IMG/VR virus record: IMGVR_UViG_3300026549_000001
Location: 186,569 to 250,568 of that record
DNA from: a virus
Taxonomy: Duplodnaviria; Heunggongvirae; Uroviricota; Caudoviricetes
Reading direction: 5' to 3' (one strand)
Length of the DNA: 64,000 nucleotides
The position numbers and the translations under genes are program-made. This document shows positions 18,812-29,193 of the stretch, piece after piece. Positions within the stretch are counted from its first letter, which is position 1. Every line of letters starts with the position of its first letter. The notes beneath the pieces were generated by a model. That model saw only the letters and a program-made list of their open reading frames with translations. It did not search any database and was not told the DNA's origin.

Positions 18812-19210
18812 TTAATATCCCATACCATCATCATAACCATCATAAGAGGTATCTCTCGGCATATATTGAGCGTGAGATTCATCAGACCATCCTGAATTTC
18901 CTCTACCCACACATACTACTTCCTTTATATATGTTGGCTGTTCTTTTGTCTTTTTGGATATGGGCTTGGGATTTTTCTTTTTGGAAGTGCCTAATATTGT
19001 GCCGAGCATATCAGTTGTTTTAAGCTCAACCACGCCCAATTCACTCGCTATATCGAGAATATGTGCAACCTGTTTAAGTGCAAGCAATTCATATTCGTTT
19101 AGCGGCTTACCTGTTTCCATTCTGTCCCAAAAGTCCACCTCATCATTAATAGACAGCGGAATTATGGAATGAATAAGCTCGTATATTTTAGCGATTGTCC
19201 AATTATCCAT
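18812..19210 (-). CDS. hypothetical protein
   Basis: 132-aa ORF. Confidence 0.4.
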   Translation of the reverse strand: MDNWTIAKIYELIHSIIPLSINDEVDFWDRMETGKPLNEYELLALKQVAHILDIASELGVVELKTTDMLGTILGTSKKKNPKPISKKTKEQPTYIKEVVCVGRGNSGWSDESHAQYMPRDTSYDGYDDGMGY

Positions 19211-19237
19211 ATTGGTTTACCTTCCCTACAATATTAT

Positions 19238-19501
19238 TTATTCGCTAATTGCGTTATCTTTTTCCATCTTTTCAATCTTTCTTTTTAGTACCCATAAAAC
19301 AATGTGGTCTACTAAACCAAATGATACCATTGTAATAAGAAATACATACAAATAAGGAGTTATCTCTATTTTCATATAGGCAAGAACCGCAAAGCCTATA
19401 ATGAACAAACACATCACGATATAAAGAATAAAGTTTAAAGTATCTTTAACCTTAATATATTTTTCATTCATCAAGTAGACACACCTCCTTGTATGGCGCA
19501 C
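19238..19501 (-). CDS. small membrane protein
   Basis: two hydrophobic segments. Confidence 0.35.
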   Translation of the reverse strand: MRHTRRCVYLMNEKYIKVKDTLNFILYIVMCLFIIGFAVLAYMKIEITPYLYVFLITMVSFGLVDHIVLWVLKRKIEKMEKDNAISE

Positions 19502-19850
19502 TATTTATATAAATCTTTAGGGTATGTATTGGTGGGTTTTCAACGCCCCGCATGGCTTTTGTAATAGTGGTTATATTGGATTCCGCTATAGATGAAAGTG
19601 CTTCTGTCAATATAGAAACATCTACATCCGTACAGTTTTCCTTAACATAAGTCCTTTTAGCTACTTCAATCGAACTGCCATCAGCCATTATATATATTTT
19701 AAAAATGAACGCCCCGTTTTCTTTGCTACCACTTATAAACATTTCAAGCTGATGAAAGTTTGGAAAGTCAGGTGTATTTGTAACTTGTTTGATAATATTC
19801 GAGTTTATATCTTCTTCTGTATTTATAACTTTGTCTATATAGTTTTTCAT
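19464..19850 (-). CDS. hypothetical protein
   Basis: 128-aa ORF. Confidence 0.4.
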   Translation of the reverse strand: MKNYIDKVINTEEDINSNIIKQVTNTPDFPNFHQLEMFISGSKENGAFIFKIYIMADGSSIEVAKRTYVKENCTDVDVSILTEALSSIAESNITTITKAMRGVENPPIHTLKIYINSAPYKEVCLLDE

Positions 19851-19858
19851 AATATCCT

Positions 19859-20134
19859 CTATTCTATGGTGCGCTTATCATTTTCAAAAACTTCATCAAA
19901 CTCACAAGCGCACGATATATATTGTTCTCCACATATAGGACAACGCTCCATATCACAACCTTCATGATGATGTGAGCCTATTGGTGCGCCACAGTCAAAG
20001 CATCTGCCGTTTCCGTCTGCTTCTTCAGTATTAACAAGCAATCTCTTGATTTTCTGTTCATTATGCACAACAAACTTTGGAACACAACCGTCCCCTGTTA
20101 GCATTTCATTTTTACAACATAAACAAATCGCCAT
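19859..20134 (-). CDS. Cys/His-rich zinc-binding protein
   Basis: CxxC, CxxC, HHHEGC, CPICG, CAC motifs; promoter upstream (tgtcaa 20187-20192, atttta 20164-20169). Confidence 0.4.
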   Translation of the reverse strand: MAICLCCKNEMLTGDGCVPKFVVHNEQKIKRLLVNTEEADGNGRCFDCGAPIGSHHHEGCDMERCPICGEQYISCACEFDEVFENDKRTIE

Positions 20135-20235
20135 AAATAAAACCCCCTTGTTTTTATAGGTTTATTTTACCATATAAATAAAAGATTGTCAATAAGTGAA
20201 TTACAATATATATAGTAAACAACAATCTTGTTATA

Positions 20236-20502
20236 TTAGTCTTGTTCTTCTTCTATTGGCAACATATATAATAAATTAACTAAATATCCTAAACATTCCC
20301 ACGCCCGTTCAGTCATAGGGTATTTTTCTTTCTCTACATCATAACTAAAAATGGTTAGACTATATTTAATGGTATCATCTTCACTTATGGCAGATAGTTT
20401 CCATCTTTCAGTAGGAGTAATATGGGCGTTCCACAGTTTTTTCCAATAAAACCCAACTGTCATTCCATAAGCAATCTTATATAATAACTGTTCAATAGTC
20501 AT
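20236..20502 (-). CDS. hypothetical protein
   Basis: 88-aa ORF. Confidence 0.35.
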   Translation of the reverse strand: MTIEQLLYKIAYGMTVGFYWKKLWNAHITPTERWKLSAISEDDTIKYSLTIFSYDVEKEKYPMTERAWECLGYLVNLLYMLPIEEEQD

Positions 20503-20507
20503 ATTTT

Positions 20508-20744
20508 TTATTCATCAGATGGGGCTAATTCAACTAAATCATACTCTTTTAATTCATCTGTATTAAGTATGCCGTCTAAACAGATAAACAACCCAAGAGT
20601 TCCTTTTTGATTTTTACCCTCACGAGTTTCTAAAACATGAAGGTCTTTTGGTATACAACCTACGCCTAATCCGTGTAAAGTGAAATACCAATATCTTCGC
20701 TTTTCATAAGGTATTTCATCCGAATATCTTATAATTTTCTCCAT
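20508..20744 (-). CDS. hypothetical protein
   Basis: 78-aa ORF. Confidence 0.35.
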   Translation of the reverse strand: MEKIIRYSDEIPYEKRRYWYFTLHGLGVGCIPKDLHVLETREGKNQKGTLGLFICLDGILNTDELKEYDLVELAPSDE

Positions 20745-20762
20745 TTAAATAATCTCCATTAT

Positions 20763-21248
20763 TCAATTTTTCTCATATAGTAATACAGGACGATAACCAT
20801 GTCTTTCTACACAAGCACATAAAGTATTTGTGGTTCGAGTTTGGTATCTTTCGTCCGTATGAATATGCCCATAACAACTCATAAAGGGTAATTTGTCAGA
20901 TAACAGCAATGGTGCGTGACTCATTACATAAAAACCATCATAAATGATTGGAAAACGAGAGACCGTATGAAAACCACTTTCTTTATAAAAATTCTCTTTC
21001 CAATTATCATGGTTTCCCAATACAAGGATTTTCTTACCATTCAATCTTCCTATGATACTTCTTATATATTCCTTATTACCTAATCCAAAATCTCCTAAAT
21101 GAATAATAGTATCTTTGTTAGATACAGTTTCATTCCAATTTTTAATAATGGTTTCATCCATTTCTTCTACGGAATTAAAAGGTCTATTACAATATTGAAT
21201 AATGTTGGTGTGTCCGAAATGGGTATCAGCTATAACAAACACTTTCAT
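20763..21248 (-). CDS. calcineurin-like metallophosphoesterase
   Basis: MKVFVIADTHFGH...HLGDFG...VLGNHD motifs. Confidence 0.7.
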   Translation of the reverse strand: MKVFVIADTHFGHTNIIQYCNRPFNSVEEMDETIIKNWNETVSNKDTIIHLGDFGLGNKEYIRSIIGRLNGKKILVLGNHDNWKENFYKESGFHTVSRFPIIYDGFYVMSHAPLLLSDKLPFMSCYGHIHTDERYQTRTTNTLCACVERHGYRPVLLYEKN

Positions 21249-21278
21249 ATTATTTTACCTCCGTAACAATATTCACTA

Positions 21279-21953
21279 TCACACTTGTAGTCTTTGTTTT
21301 GCTATACTAAAATAATCCTTATCTATTTCAATTCCGATGAAGTTTCTATTAGTATTTATACACGCTACTCCTGTTGAGCCGCTACCCATTGTAAAATCTA
21401 AAATAGTATCACCTTCATTAGACCATAACTTTACAATTCGCTCCATAAGTTCAACAGGTTTTTGTGTAGGGTGTTTTACTCTCTCTTTCGACCACGGAAC
21501 TAATGGAGATATGTCATACCAAACATTTGTGAGTTTTCTATTTACTTCTCCATTCTTTGCACCCATACCTTTGGTCTTTTTTGGAACATTACTAACTTGT
21601 GGATTATATGTGTAATTATTTCCTTTTGAATACCAAAGTATATCTTCCCTTGTAGACACTAAATTATGTTTAGCACCTCTACCCTTTATTCTATCATAGA
21701 CTATCCAATTTCGGATAGTAAAATATTTATCTAATTCTGTTTTAGTAGAGCATACATTAGACCATCCTTGAAAGAGTATAAGATTTCCACCATCTTTCAA
21801 AACATTGAATAAAGATTGACAGTCTAATATAAAATCTTTATCCCACTCATTTTGCTCAAAGGAAATATTATATGGTATATCAGCTATAATACAGTCTACG
21901 GGAGGTAAGGTGGGTAAAATGTTATTATAATCATCGTTGTAAAGTTCTATCAT
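21279..21953 (-). CDS. DNA methyltransferase (beta-class N6A/N4C)
   Basis: motif IV ADIPYN precedes motif I LDFTMGSGSTGVAC. Confidence 0.65.
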   Translation of the reverse strand: MIELYNDDYNNILPTLPPVDCIIADIPYNISFEQNEWDKDFILDCQSLFNVLKDGGNLILFQGWSNVCSTKTELDKYFTIRNWIVYDRIKGRGAKHNLVSTREDILWYSKGNNYTYNPQVSNVPKKTKGMGAKNGEVNRKLTNVWYDISPLVPWSKERVKHPTQKPVELMERIVKLWSNEGDTILDFTMGSGSTGVACINTNRNFIGIEIDKDYFSIAKQRLQV

Positions 21954-22042
21954 TTTCTCTCTTTCTAATGGTCGAAGTTACCCCGTTTTTATAGGACAAA
22001 GAACGCCCTTGATAAAAGCATTATTGCGGTAATATTTCAAAT

Positions 22043-22076
22043 AAGAGAACGGTTATAATATCGCATCCGTTCTCTT
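22043..22076 (-). terminator. hairpin (10-bp stem AAGAGAACGG/CCGTTCTCTT) downstream of 22121..22429; weak T-run
   Basis: inverted repeat read directly. Confidence 0.3.
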
Positions 22077-22120
22077 AATTAAATCATTGTTGTTCAGTTG
22101 ATTTGCCCTCACATCAGCCA

Positions 22121-22429
22121 TCACACATACTTCCAAAAACCACCCACATTATATTCGGGTTTTGCCCAAAAACTATGGCAATCGTCATTATTCCGAAGCG
22201 TATGACTGTCTACAGTATATGGAGCAAAATCAAGTACAATCTTGAAATTTCTATCACCATTTTCTATCAAATCTGCGGCTCTTTGATATTGTTTAAGTTT
22301 TGCTTTATTAAAGTTGCAGACTAATCTATATCCTTCGTCATCAAAAATATTATAGTTCTCTACATTATATAAACACATACCGTTGCGCTTTATGTGGAAG
22401 TCGTGTCCATTATATGTCACTTTGCTCAT
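22121..22429 (-). CDS. hypothetical protein
   Basis: 102-aa ORF. Confidence 0.4.
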   Translation of the reverse strand: MSKVTYNGHDFHIKRNGMCLYNVENYNIFDDEGYRLVCNFNKAKLKQYQRAADLIENGDRNFKIVLDFAPYTVDSHTLRNNDDCHSFWAKPEYNVGGFWKYV

Positions 22430-22430
22430 T

Positions 22431-22844
22431 TTAGTCCTCCTCCAACCGCATTACAATTCGACCGTCACTCACAAATAACCCTTCAAGACTAAATTGAGCA
22501 ATTACATCTGCCCAAATCTGCTTAAACTTCTCATCAGAATATTCATAGTTAAGAGGAAATGCGTATGAATCTTCTGGCAAAGCAAGACGAGTTGTCCCTT
22601 TTATTATACCGCCCCAATCGTTCGTAGAGTAACTAATCTGACACCATGCCGTATTTTTGTAGAAGTCACCGCCCCTACCTATACGGTCATAGGCATCATC
22701 AGATTCAAGGAGGTTTAATATGGTTTCACAAAGCTCATCGACAGCTTTTTTATGCGCTGTCTGCTTTGCCCTCTCTTCCGCTTCGATGGCGGTTTGAGTT
22801 GCCCGATGCTTTTGGCGAATCCTCTCAATTCTTTCAGGGTTCAT
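22431..22844 (-). CDS. hypothetical protein
   Basis: 137-aa ORF. Confidence 0.4.
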   Translation of the reverse strand: MNPERIERIRQKHRATQTAIEAEERAKQTAHKKAVDELCETILNLLESDDAYDRIGRGGDFYKNTAWCQISYSTNDWGGIIKGTTRLALPEDSYAFPLNYEYSDEKFKQIWADVIAQFSLEGLFVSDGRIVMRLEED

Positions 22845-22996
22845 TTTTCTGCGCTCCTTTCGGCTTGTGCATAGTTTTTTGATATATGTATTATAACATA
22901 ATATTACGGGAAAGTAAATAGATGGTTGCTATGTTTTGTAAATATATTTTTAAAACAATAGCACAAGCACGGCAGTAATACAATCAAAGCGTGTAT

Positions 22997-23335
22997 TCAC
23001 ACAACAGTAATATTACTGCGAACTTTCAAAAACGCAATGTCATCAAAATCTAATACGATTTCTGCTATTCTTACATCAACCTCATTTTCCATATAGTAAT
23101 AAACACGCGACCTTTGTTTATTAACATATAAAAAATCTTTTATATTACTATCGCTTTCGATATAGCGTTTCACAGAAGGAGAGCTTTTTTCTAAAAGGAT
23201 ATTTTCATAAGTAGGAATATCCCTGTAAAACTCATAAAACACATCGGGGGTAGCCACAGCTTCTATAATTTCATCATCAGTTGCATTGTTATTCGCATCT
23301 ACAACTAATGTCATTGTGATAACTGCAGTAATCAT
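22997..23335 (-). CDS. hypothetical protein
   Basis: 112-aa ORF. Confidence 0.4.
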   Translation of the reverse strand: MITAVITMTLVVDANNNATDDEIIEAVATPDVFYEFYRDIPTYENILLEKSSPSVKRYIESDSNIKDFLYVNKQRSRVYYYMENEVDVRIAEIVLDFDDIAFLKVRSNITVV

Positions 23336-23350
23336 TTATCTACTACCTTA

Positions 23351-23758
23351 TCAATATAAAAAGACTTCTTTAACATAACTATTATCTCCTGTATAGTGTA
23401 TATTACGAATACCCAAAGCTCTTATAAATCCTTCACACGCGGGACAGGGCTTTGCTAATTTCAACATTCCATCCGCTTCTCTATACACATACAGGTCAAG
23501 TTTAGAAAAATCCACATCCAAATATTGAATTTTTGTTAGTGCCATTACCTCTGCATGAAGTTTATTAGGCAAAACTTCATTATCAAAATTTCTGCGGAAG
23601 TTTTTATTATATATGTATTGCGAGGTGTGTGTTTTATTACAGTTCCAACCTAATGCTAAAAGTTTAGAGCCATACATTATTGCACAACCTGTGTGGCACT
23701 TATAGTAGTCCGACATTTGGGATGCTTGTTTCGCATACAGAAAACCTTTTTTTCTCAT
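23351..23758 (-). CDS. dCMP/cytidine deaminase-family zinc enzyme
   Basis: HAEVMAL (H-A-E) and PCPACEGFI (PCxxC) zinc motifs. Confidence 0.7.
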   Translation of the reverse strand: MRKKGFLYAKQASQMSDYYKCHTGCAIMYGSKLLALGWNCNKTHTSQYIYNKNFRRNFDNEVLPNKLHAEVMALTKIQYLDVDFSKLDLYVYREADGMLKLAKPCPACEGFIRALGIRNIHYTGDNSYVKEVFLY

Positions 23759-24324
23759 TTAATCCGCTCCCAACAATTCTTCCCACCGCATCTTTTACAA
23801 CCATACTTTTCAGGGGTTTGAATAGAGGCACTCATACGAGAAGAATAATGCATCGCACCGCAGTTCTTACATCTGATTGCATACTTTTGGCTAATTAAGA
23901 CTTGCTCTTGCGACAATCCAAACTCATTCGCACTTTTAGTTCTTTGAATATTCAGATAAGGATATTTTCTATTTACTTTGTTGGCATAAATCTTCCACAT
24001 TCCCGTATGAGAGTGTCCATTCTTACAAGAGTGCAATATTTCATGCACCATTGTACTTAATACAGCATTATCGGGAACATCATCTCCCAAGATACGAGAA
24101 CTAATTTCAATAGTGGAATAACCGTTACGGGTAATACATCTACCCCATCTTTTCATGGCGCGAGTATTTATGACAATGGGCAAAACAATCTGTCCGAGAT
24201 TTTCTGCTCCTATGGAATCTATTACAATATCAAGAGCTTCATTGTATATTGCGTTAATATTCTTCATTAGAATAACCTCCGTTTTTACTATAATAATTAT
24301 ATCATAATAAAGAACGAAGGTCAA
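23755..24324 (-). CDS. SprT-like zinc metalloprotease with C-terminal zinc ribbon
   Basis: HEILH HExxH motif; CKNCG...CKRCGG. Confidence 0.6.
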   Translation of the reverse strand: MTFVLYYDIIIIVKTEVILMKNINAIYNEALDIVIDSIGAENLGQIVLPIVINTRAMKRWGRCITRNGYSTIEISSRILGDDVPDNAVLSTMVHEILHSCKNGHSHTGMWKIYANKVNRKYPYLNIQRTKSANEFGLSQEQVLISQKYAIRCKNCGAMHYSSRMSASIQTPEKYGCKRCGGKNCWERIK

Positions 24325-24344
24325 TAGTTTACTGCAATATATTT

Positions 24345-25628
24345 TTAGAAAACGCTATCTCTATCGGCGTATTGATTTTTAATATCTTCTTCTACGGCTT
24401 TATCACTCTCTAATCCAGATTTAGGATTAGGCAAATAAGTAAATTCACCTTTATTTACATTAGTAGAGTATAATAATTTATTTCCAACTGTACCATTTCT
24501 ATTCTTCTGTATACTCATTTCAAGCACACCATCTTTGAATCTAATAGATATGACTTTACTTGCATTGTGAGAGATACCATCTGAATTACGAATAGTCTCT
24601 AATGTAGGGGCTTCTGTCTTATCTTCTCCCGCCGCTTCTCGATTCGCCTGTACGATAGCCAATATGGGGATTTTCAACTCTACGGATAAAGTCATTAAAT
24701 CTTCAGCTATATTAGTAAGCGATGTTGTTGTGTTATCTCCACGCTTACCCCTTTCATCGTGCATATAGGATAATCCATCAATAACTACCATTTGTAGATT
24801 GTTGGCTTTTATCCAATTACCAATACGACTTACAGTAGGGGTTCTATCAAAATCTGACGGAGTAGTTACTAAAAACTTATTATTATATTTGGATAAAGAT
24901 TCTATATAGGATTTATAACCTCTTTCTATGCCATCTTTACCACGCATAAGCCCCATATTATTGAAATTTTTGAATAGGGTATCAAATCTATAACCAACCG
25001 AAGATGGTGTCATTTCGGGACTGAAAAAACCAACATTGTTTCCTTGTTCCCATACAGATATGGCTATTTTTTCAGCCACATAGCTTTTCAAGTTTGAAGT
25101 TCTTGCGAACAGAACAACTAAATCTTCTCCCCTTTGTAATCCCCCAATAATAAAATCTAATTCTTTGAAACCTGTGGAAAAGAAATATCTATTAGGATTA
25201 TTAACCCTGTCCTCTAATTCATCATATCTTATTTGTGCTTGCGATATTATATCTATACCACTACCACCTAAATTCATCATTAGTGGTTGTAACTGTGATA
25301 TGATATGTGATACTGCTTGGCGAGAATCTACATTAAAGCGATTTGCTCCTTCTTGAATAATTGGAACAGCTAATGTATAGATTCTATTTTCACGCAACTT
25401 ATCAATTAGATAGTCCCAACCCTCATTAACGGAAATGAATTCAAAATCCATAAATTCCTTAATAAAGGTTTCTCTATCGGGAACATTTTTATATTTATCA
25501 AAATGGCGTTTAATGAAATTAAAATGCTTTTCATACCCACCAAAATAAGACTTATCAATATTAGCACTAATAACAGGTGATATATCTTTAGTTTGCAGAA
25601 TTTTATTTATTACTTGAAGCTCTATCAT
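24345..25628 (-). CDS. DnaB-like replicative helicase (atypical Walker A)
   Basis: DnaB C-terminal RecA-like domain: FSPEM, MVVIDGLSYM, ILAIVQANRE; P-loop position reads ARTSNLKS rather than GxxxxGKT. Confidence 0.6.
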   Translation of the reverse strand: MIELQVINKILQTKDISPVISANIDKSYFGGYEKHFNFIKRHFDKYKNVPDRETFIKEFMDFEFISVNEGWDYLIDKLRENRIYTLAVPIIQEGANRFNVDSRQAVSHIISQLQPLMMNLGGSGIDIISQAQIRYDELEDRVNNPNRYFFSTGFKELDFIIGGLQRGEDLVVLFARTSNLKSYVAEKIAISVWEQGNNVGFFSPEMTPSSVGYRFDTLFKNFNNMGLMRGKDGIERGYKSYIESLSKYNNKFLVTTPSDFDRTPTVSRIGNWIKANNLQMVVIDGLSYMHDERGKRGDNTTTSLTNIAEDLMTLSVELKIPILAIVQANREAAGEDKTEAPTLETIRNSDGISHNASKVISIRFKDGVLEMSIQKNRNGTVGNKLLYSTNVNKGEFTYLPNPKSGLESDKAVEEDIKNQYADRDSVF

Positions 25629-26275
25629 GATTTCCCTCTACAATCCTTACTGTTGAATTTTAACACAATAGAACTATTATATATTCTACTTGCTAAAACA
25701 TTTCCAACATACTGTGATAATATATCTTTTGATTCTCTATTACTTGTATAAATATTGGCTCTACCATTAGATAGACGATTATCTATCAACATAAGAAGTT
25801 TAGAATACTCATATTCTGTTAATTTAGTTAAGGCTATATCATCCCATATAACTAAATCACAATTTATGATTTCATCTAAATCTACCTTATGGTCAAAATC
25901 TTTTAATTCGTGTAATAGTGTTGGAACATGAATAAAAATACCGCGAGTGCGTAAACCATTACCGCACCATATCGAATCAAAATACTTCAACAGTAATTTG
26001 ACTGCCCAACTGGTTTTTGATGTCCCAGTCTGTTCACTTGCAAGATATAATGATTTTCCTTTTTCTACAAATTCAACTATTCTCTCTTTTATTTTAGACA
26101 GTCTATCAAACACTTTTTTATCTTCCTCTGTGGCGGGGAATAACTCTCTTGGTGTTTGCAATAATTTTGGCAATTTTGAATGAGCAATAAGATAGCTCAT
26201 TTCTCTAAACCTTACACAATCAGGAGTACAAGAATTAGTACATACTTTTTTATACCAACACTCATTGTTTTTCAT
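25625..26275 (-). CDS. DnaC/IstB-like AAA+ helicase loader
   Basis: Walker A EQTGTSKTS; Walker B LVIWDDIA. Confidence 0.6.
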   Translation of the reverse strand: MKNNECWYKKVCTNSCTPDCVRFREMSYLIAHSKLPKLLQTPRELFPATEEDKKVFDRLSKIKERIVEFVEKGKSLYLASEQTGTSKTSWAVKLLLKYFDSIWCGNGLRTRGIFIHVPTLLHELKDFDHKVDLDEIINCDLVIWDDIALTKLTEYEYSKLLMLIDNRLSNGRANIYTSNRESKDILSQYVGNVLASRIYNSSIVLKFNSKDCRGKS

Positions 26276-26982
26276 CAGTATACATCTCCCTGTTGTCGTC
26301 TCAACCGTTCAATCTCGGCAATTTCTTCCTCTGTATATGAATTGCTCTTTACTCCATTAAAGGGTGTTGTTGCGGTATCAACAAATTTTAGCCATTGATT
26401 AGCAATAGCATTTCTAACTATTTCTACCTTATTACCCTTCATTGTATCTAACTGATATAGCATTTGCTTCATTTGATTTTTGTGAATAGAGTTTTGCTCA
26501 AAATCACAATAACGGCTTTCTTTGGGAGGGTGTAGTCGTATTGTGAAATAATCAATTAGAGCCTGTTGTAAATCTATATCTGTTGTATAGAGCTTTACCA
26601 TATCAATCATTTGAGTAAACAGGTTCTTTTTCTCTGGTTTTCTATTAGATACATTTTCGGAAATATCATCTTTTGGTTTAGCCGATTCTCTCTGCTTGGG
26701 AACAACTAATGTTTTGAAATCATCTTTATTTTTAACAATATAGCCATGCTTCCATAACTCATTAAGAGATTGGCGAACGGTTTGTTCATTATCGGAAGTT
26801 AAAGCTATTATATCATCTATATCGAATTTCTTTCTACCAAAAGAATGTAAAAGAATGTATAATCCTTTTGCAGATAAACTCAACGATATATCATCATTAG
26901 CGTATCTTGGAGAGGTAATATATGTTATTTTATTCTCATTAGAAAACATATCAATTATTCCACTCCTGTAAATTTTGAACAA
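26275..26982 (-). CDS. putative replisome organizer / replication initiation protein (N-terminal winged-helix)
   Basis: position immediately upstream of DnaC/DnaB-like genes; N-terminal wH-like segment. Confidence 0.35.
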   Translation of the reverse strand: MFKIYRSGIIDMFSNENKITYITSPRYANDDISLSLSAKGLYILLHSFGRKKFDIDDIIALTSDNEQTVRQSLNELWKHGYIVKNKDDFKTLVVPKQRESAKPKDDISENVSNRKPEKKNLFTQMIDMVKLYTTDIDLQQALIDYFTIRLHPPKESRYCDFEQNSIHKNQMKQMLYQLDTMKGNKVEIVRNAIANQWLKFVDTATTPFNGVKSNSYTEEEIAEIERLRRQQGDVY

Positions 26983-27289
26983 ATTTAGTAGTTTTAGAAG
27001 GAGATATGCTTTGCTCCTTCAGTTTCTTTATTACATTTCGACTGGTAGAAACTCGGAATGTTTCATCTTGGTCGATTCTATATCCTTTAAGGTAATTCTT
27101 ATAAAACAAAATGAAATTATTGTTTCGGTCTGGGTTAAATTTTAATGCGGCTTTGTAAAAAATTAAAAACCGCTCATGAATGTCGGCAACATCTTTATAT
27201 CCTACACTTTTTATCTTTTCCCAAACAGCCGTATAATTCTTTTGTTTTAACAATTCAATAATTTCAACTTGGTCGTTTGGTTGTTTCAT
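26951..27289 (-). CDS. hypothetical protein
   Basis: 112-aa ORF. Confidence 0.4.
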   Translation of the reverse strand: MKQPNDQVEIIELLKQKNYTAVWEKIKSVGYKDVADIHERFLIFYKAALKFNPDRNNNFILFYKNYLKGYRIDQDETFRVSTSRNVIKKLKEQSISPSKTTKFVQNLQEWNN

Positions 27290-27344
27290 TAAATATAATA
27301 CCCCATTTGATAAGCAAAAATGTTTTATTAAAGGTAATACAATT

Positions 27345-27420
27345 TGGCAGGGGAGAAGGGACTCGAACCCTTATCTGTCCGATTTGGAGTCGGAAATCTT
27401 ACCAATTACACCACTCCCCT
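27345..27420 (-). tRNA. tRNA-Trp (anticodon CCA), CCA encoded
   Basis: manual fold: acceptor AGGGGAG/CTCCCCT, anticodon arm TCCGA-CTCCAAA-TCGGA, T-arm AAGGG-TTCGAGT-CCCTT. Confidence 0.8.
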
Positions 27421-27483
27421 ATAAGGGATATATTTGATTATATCCCTATTATATCATATTATTACTCATTTGTAAAGAGATAT

Positions 27484-28434
27484 TTAAGAATATATTGCTA
27501 CCATATTGTCATTTGCAGAAAATACTAAATACCAAGCATTTCCATTACCATATCTATATAAAGAACGATTTGGAAGTTGATACCACATTTCCATATCATT
27601 TCTTTTTACTGATATAACATCCTGTAATGGCTCATCTGTTTCAACAAATAATGTTTCATCTTTAGTATAATATTCAACATCTGCACCATTAAAATTAATA
27701 ATGTCGTATATTTCTAATCCAATTATCCTAAAAAGTTGCATCCAAAATTGAGGGCTTGTTGGTACTTCTATAAGTTTGAAAAAAAGAAAAGCATCCTCAA
27801 TTACAATCTTGGAAGATGAAAAAAATGGAAGATAAGCGTTTCTTGGAACTCTAAATCTTTGTCCTCCTATATTAATGAAAGCGTGAGGGCATCTAATTGC
27901 GCCTATTGCTGTATAGTAGGTCTTTTGAGTTTTCCCATCTTTCATCCAAGTATATGGAATCTCTAATGTAAAACAATTAAAGTTTTGTATAAACGAACTT
28001 CTAACGGGGATTGATGTGTAGAAAATATCTGATGCAACTTCATTCTCTTTCATATAACTATCAGCATTTCCACCGCATACTGAATATACCAATCCAAGTT
28101 GTCCGTATGTTCGTATTCTTTCACCTGTTGTTTCTTTTAACGCTATTTTTCGATTAACCATTAAAGCAAAATACAACTCTCTTGCTGTTTTCCAATCAAT
28201 ATCGAAAACGACAGCTTTTGTTCTATTTGCCTGTTCAGAAAGTTCGTCACATAATGTTAAAACAAACACACAGTTCTTATATGTATTGTCATCTATTTCA
28301 TCGAAGAATATAATTTGCTCTAAACAATCGGAAGATACTGTAGCATATCTTTGTAAAAGTTCTGCTTTATATTCCTCGGCTTTTTCATAAAAATTTAGAT
28401 TATTATAAGCTCCGCATCTTAACTTACACGCCAT
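27484..28434 (-). CDS. hypothetical protein
   Basis: 316-aa ORF. Confidence 0.45.
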   Translation of the reverse strand: MACKLRCGAYNNLNFYEKAEEYKAELLQRYATVSSDCLEQIIFFDEIDDNTYKNCVFVLTLCDELSEQANRTKAVVFDIDWKTARELYFALMVNRKIALKETTGERIRTYGQLGLVYSVCGGNADSYMKENEVASDIFYTSIPVRSSFIQNFNCFTLEIPYTWMKDGKTQKTYYTAIGAIRCPHAFINIGGQRFRVPRNAYLPFFSSSKIVIEDAFLFFKLIEVPTSPQFWMQLFRIIGLEIYDIINFNGADVEYYTKDETLFVETDEPLQDVISVKRNDMEMWYQLPNRSLYRYGNGNAWYLVFSANDNMVAIYS

Positions 28435-28606
28435 AGCAGTCTACGCTACCTTTTAGTAATTTTCTTGTTTCATTTAGCGCATCCATCTCATCTTGTGTTA
28501 ATTCACCCTCAACCATTCGTTGAGTGAAATCCGAAGCCTTTTTATCTCTATCTGCAAGATAATTTTCTTCTATAAGTTTATTCATTTCCATCACAATCAC
28601 CACCAT
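28424..28606 (-). CDS. hypothetical protein
   Basis: 60-aa ORF. Confidence 0.3.
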   Translation of the reverse strand: MVVIVMEMNKLIEENYLADRDKKASDFTQRMVEGELTQDEMDALNETRKLLKGSVDCYGV

Positions 28607-29193
28607 TAAAATTCTGCTATTATATTATCTAATATATCAATTTTTAATCCCGAATCATCTTTATCTTTGGTAATAGTATATTCAGGAGCATTAGCAGAAT
28701 AAATATCTACTCCCAAACTCACCTTTATATTCTTATCAAAGATAGTACCTCTTGATGAGGTTTTATTAAAAATAGTAATACAACTATCAGGGAGGGTGTT
28801 ATTAGTATAGTCAGGATTTATCCAAACTATTCTTTGATTAAAATTTTCAGGCAAATATAGAGCTTTTGTTTCTTTACTATCAGATAATATTCGTTGTTTT
28901 AATGCCCCTTTTGGAATAGTCAGGTGTTCGGCATTAAAACCATCAATACAAATAATATTATAAGTGACACCTTTACTTTTATCTCCTATAATATATAAAT
29001 GTACTAATTTATCTACTACCATAAGAAAGCGAGGTCTTTTAAAGTAGTCCATATAGAATAATTCTAAATGGGGAATACTTTGCCAATTACGGTCTGTCTT
29101 ATTGATTATATGACATAATTCAAAACATTCCCGTACTATAGGATTACCGCCAGAAGCATAAAGTATTCCCTCTACAATAGATTTAGTCAGCAA
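28606..29193 (-). CDS. hypothetical protein
   Basis: 195-aa ORF. Confidence 0.45.
   Translation of the reverse strand: MLTKSIVEGILYASGGNPIVRECFELCHIINKTDRNWQSIPHLELFYMDYFKRPRFLMVVDKLVHLYIIGDKSKGVTYNIICIDGFNAEHLTIPKGALKQRILSDSKETKALYLPENFNQRIVWINPDYTNNTLPDSCITIFNKTSSRGTIFDKNIKVSLGVDIYSANAPEYTITKDKDDSGLKIDILDNIIAEF

Noticed and set aside
27277-27528. 83-aa plus-strand ORF
   Set aside because: Overlaps tRNA-Trp on the opposite strand; spurious.
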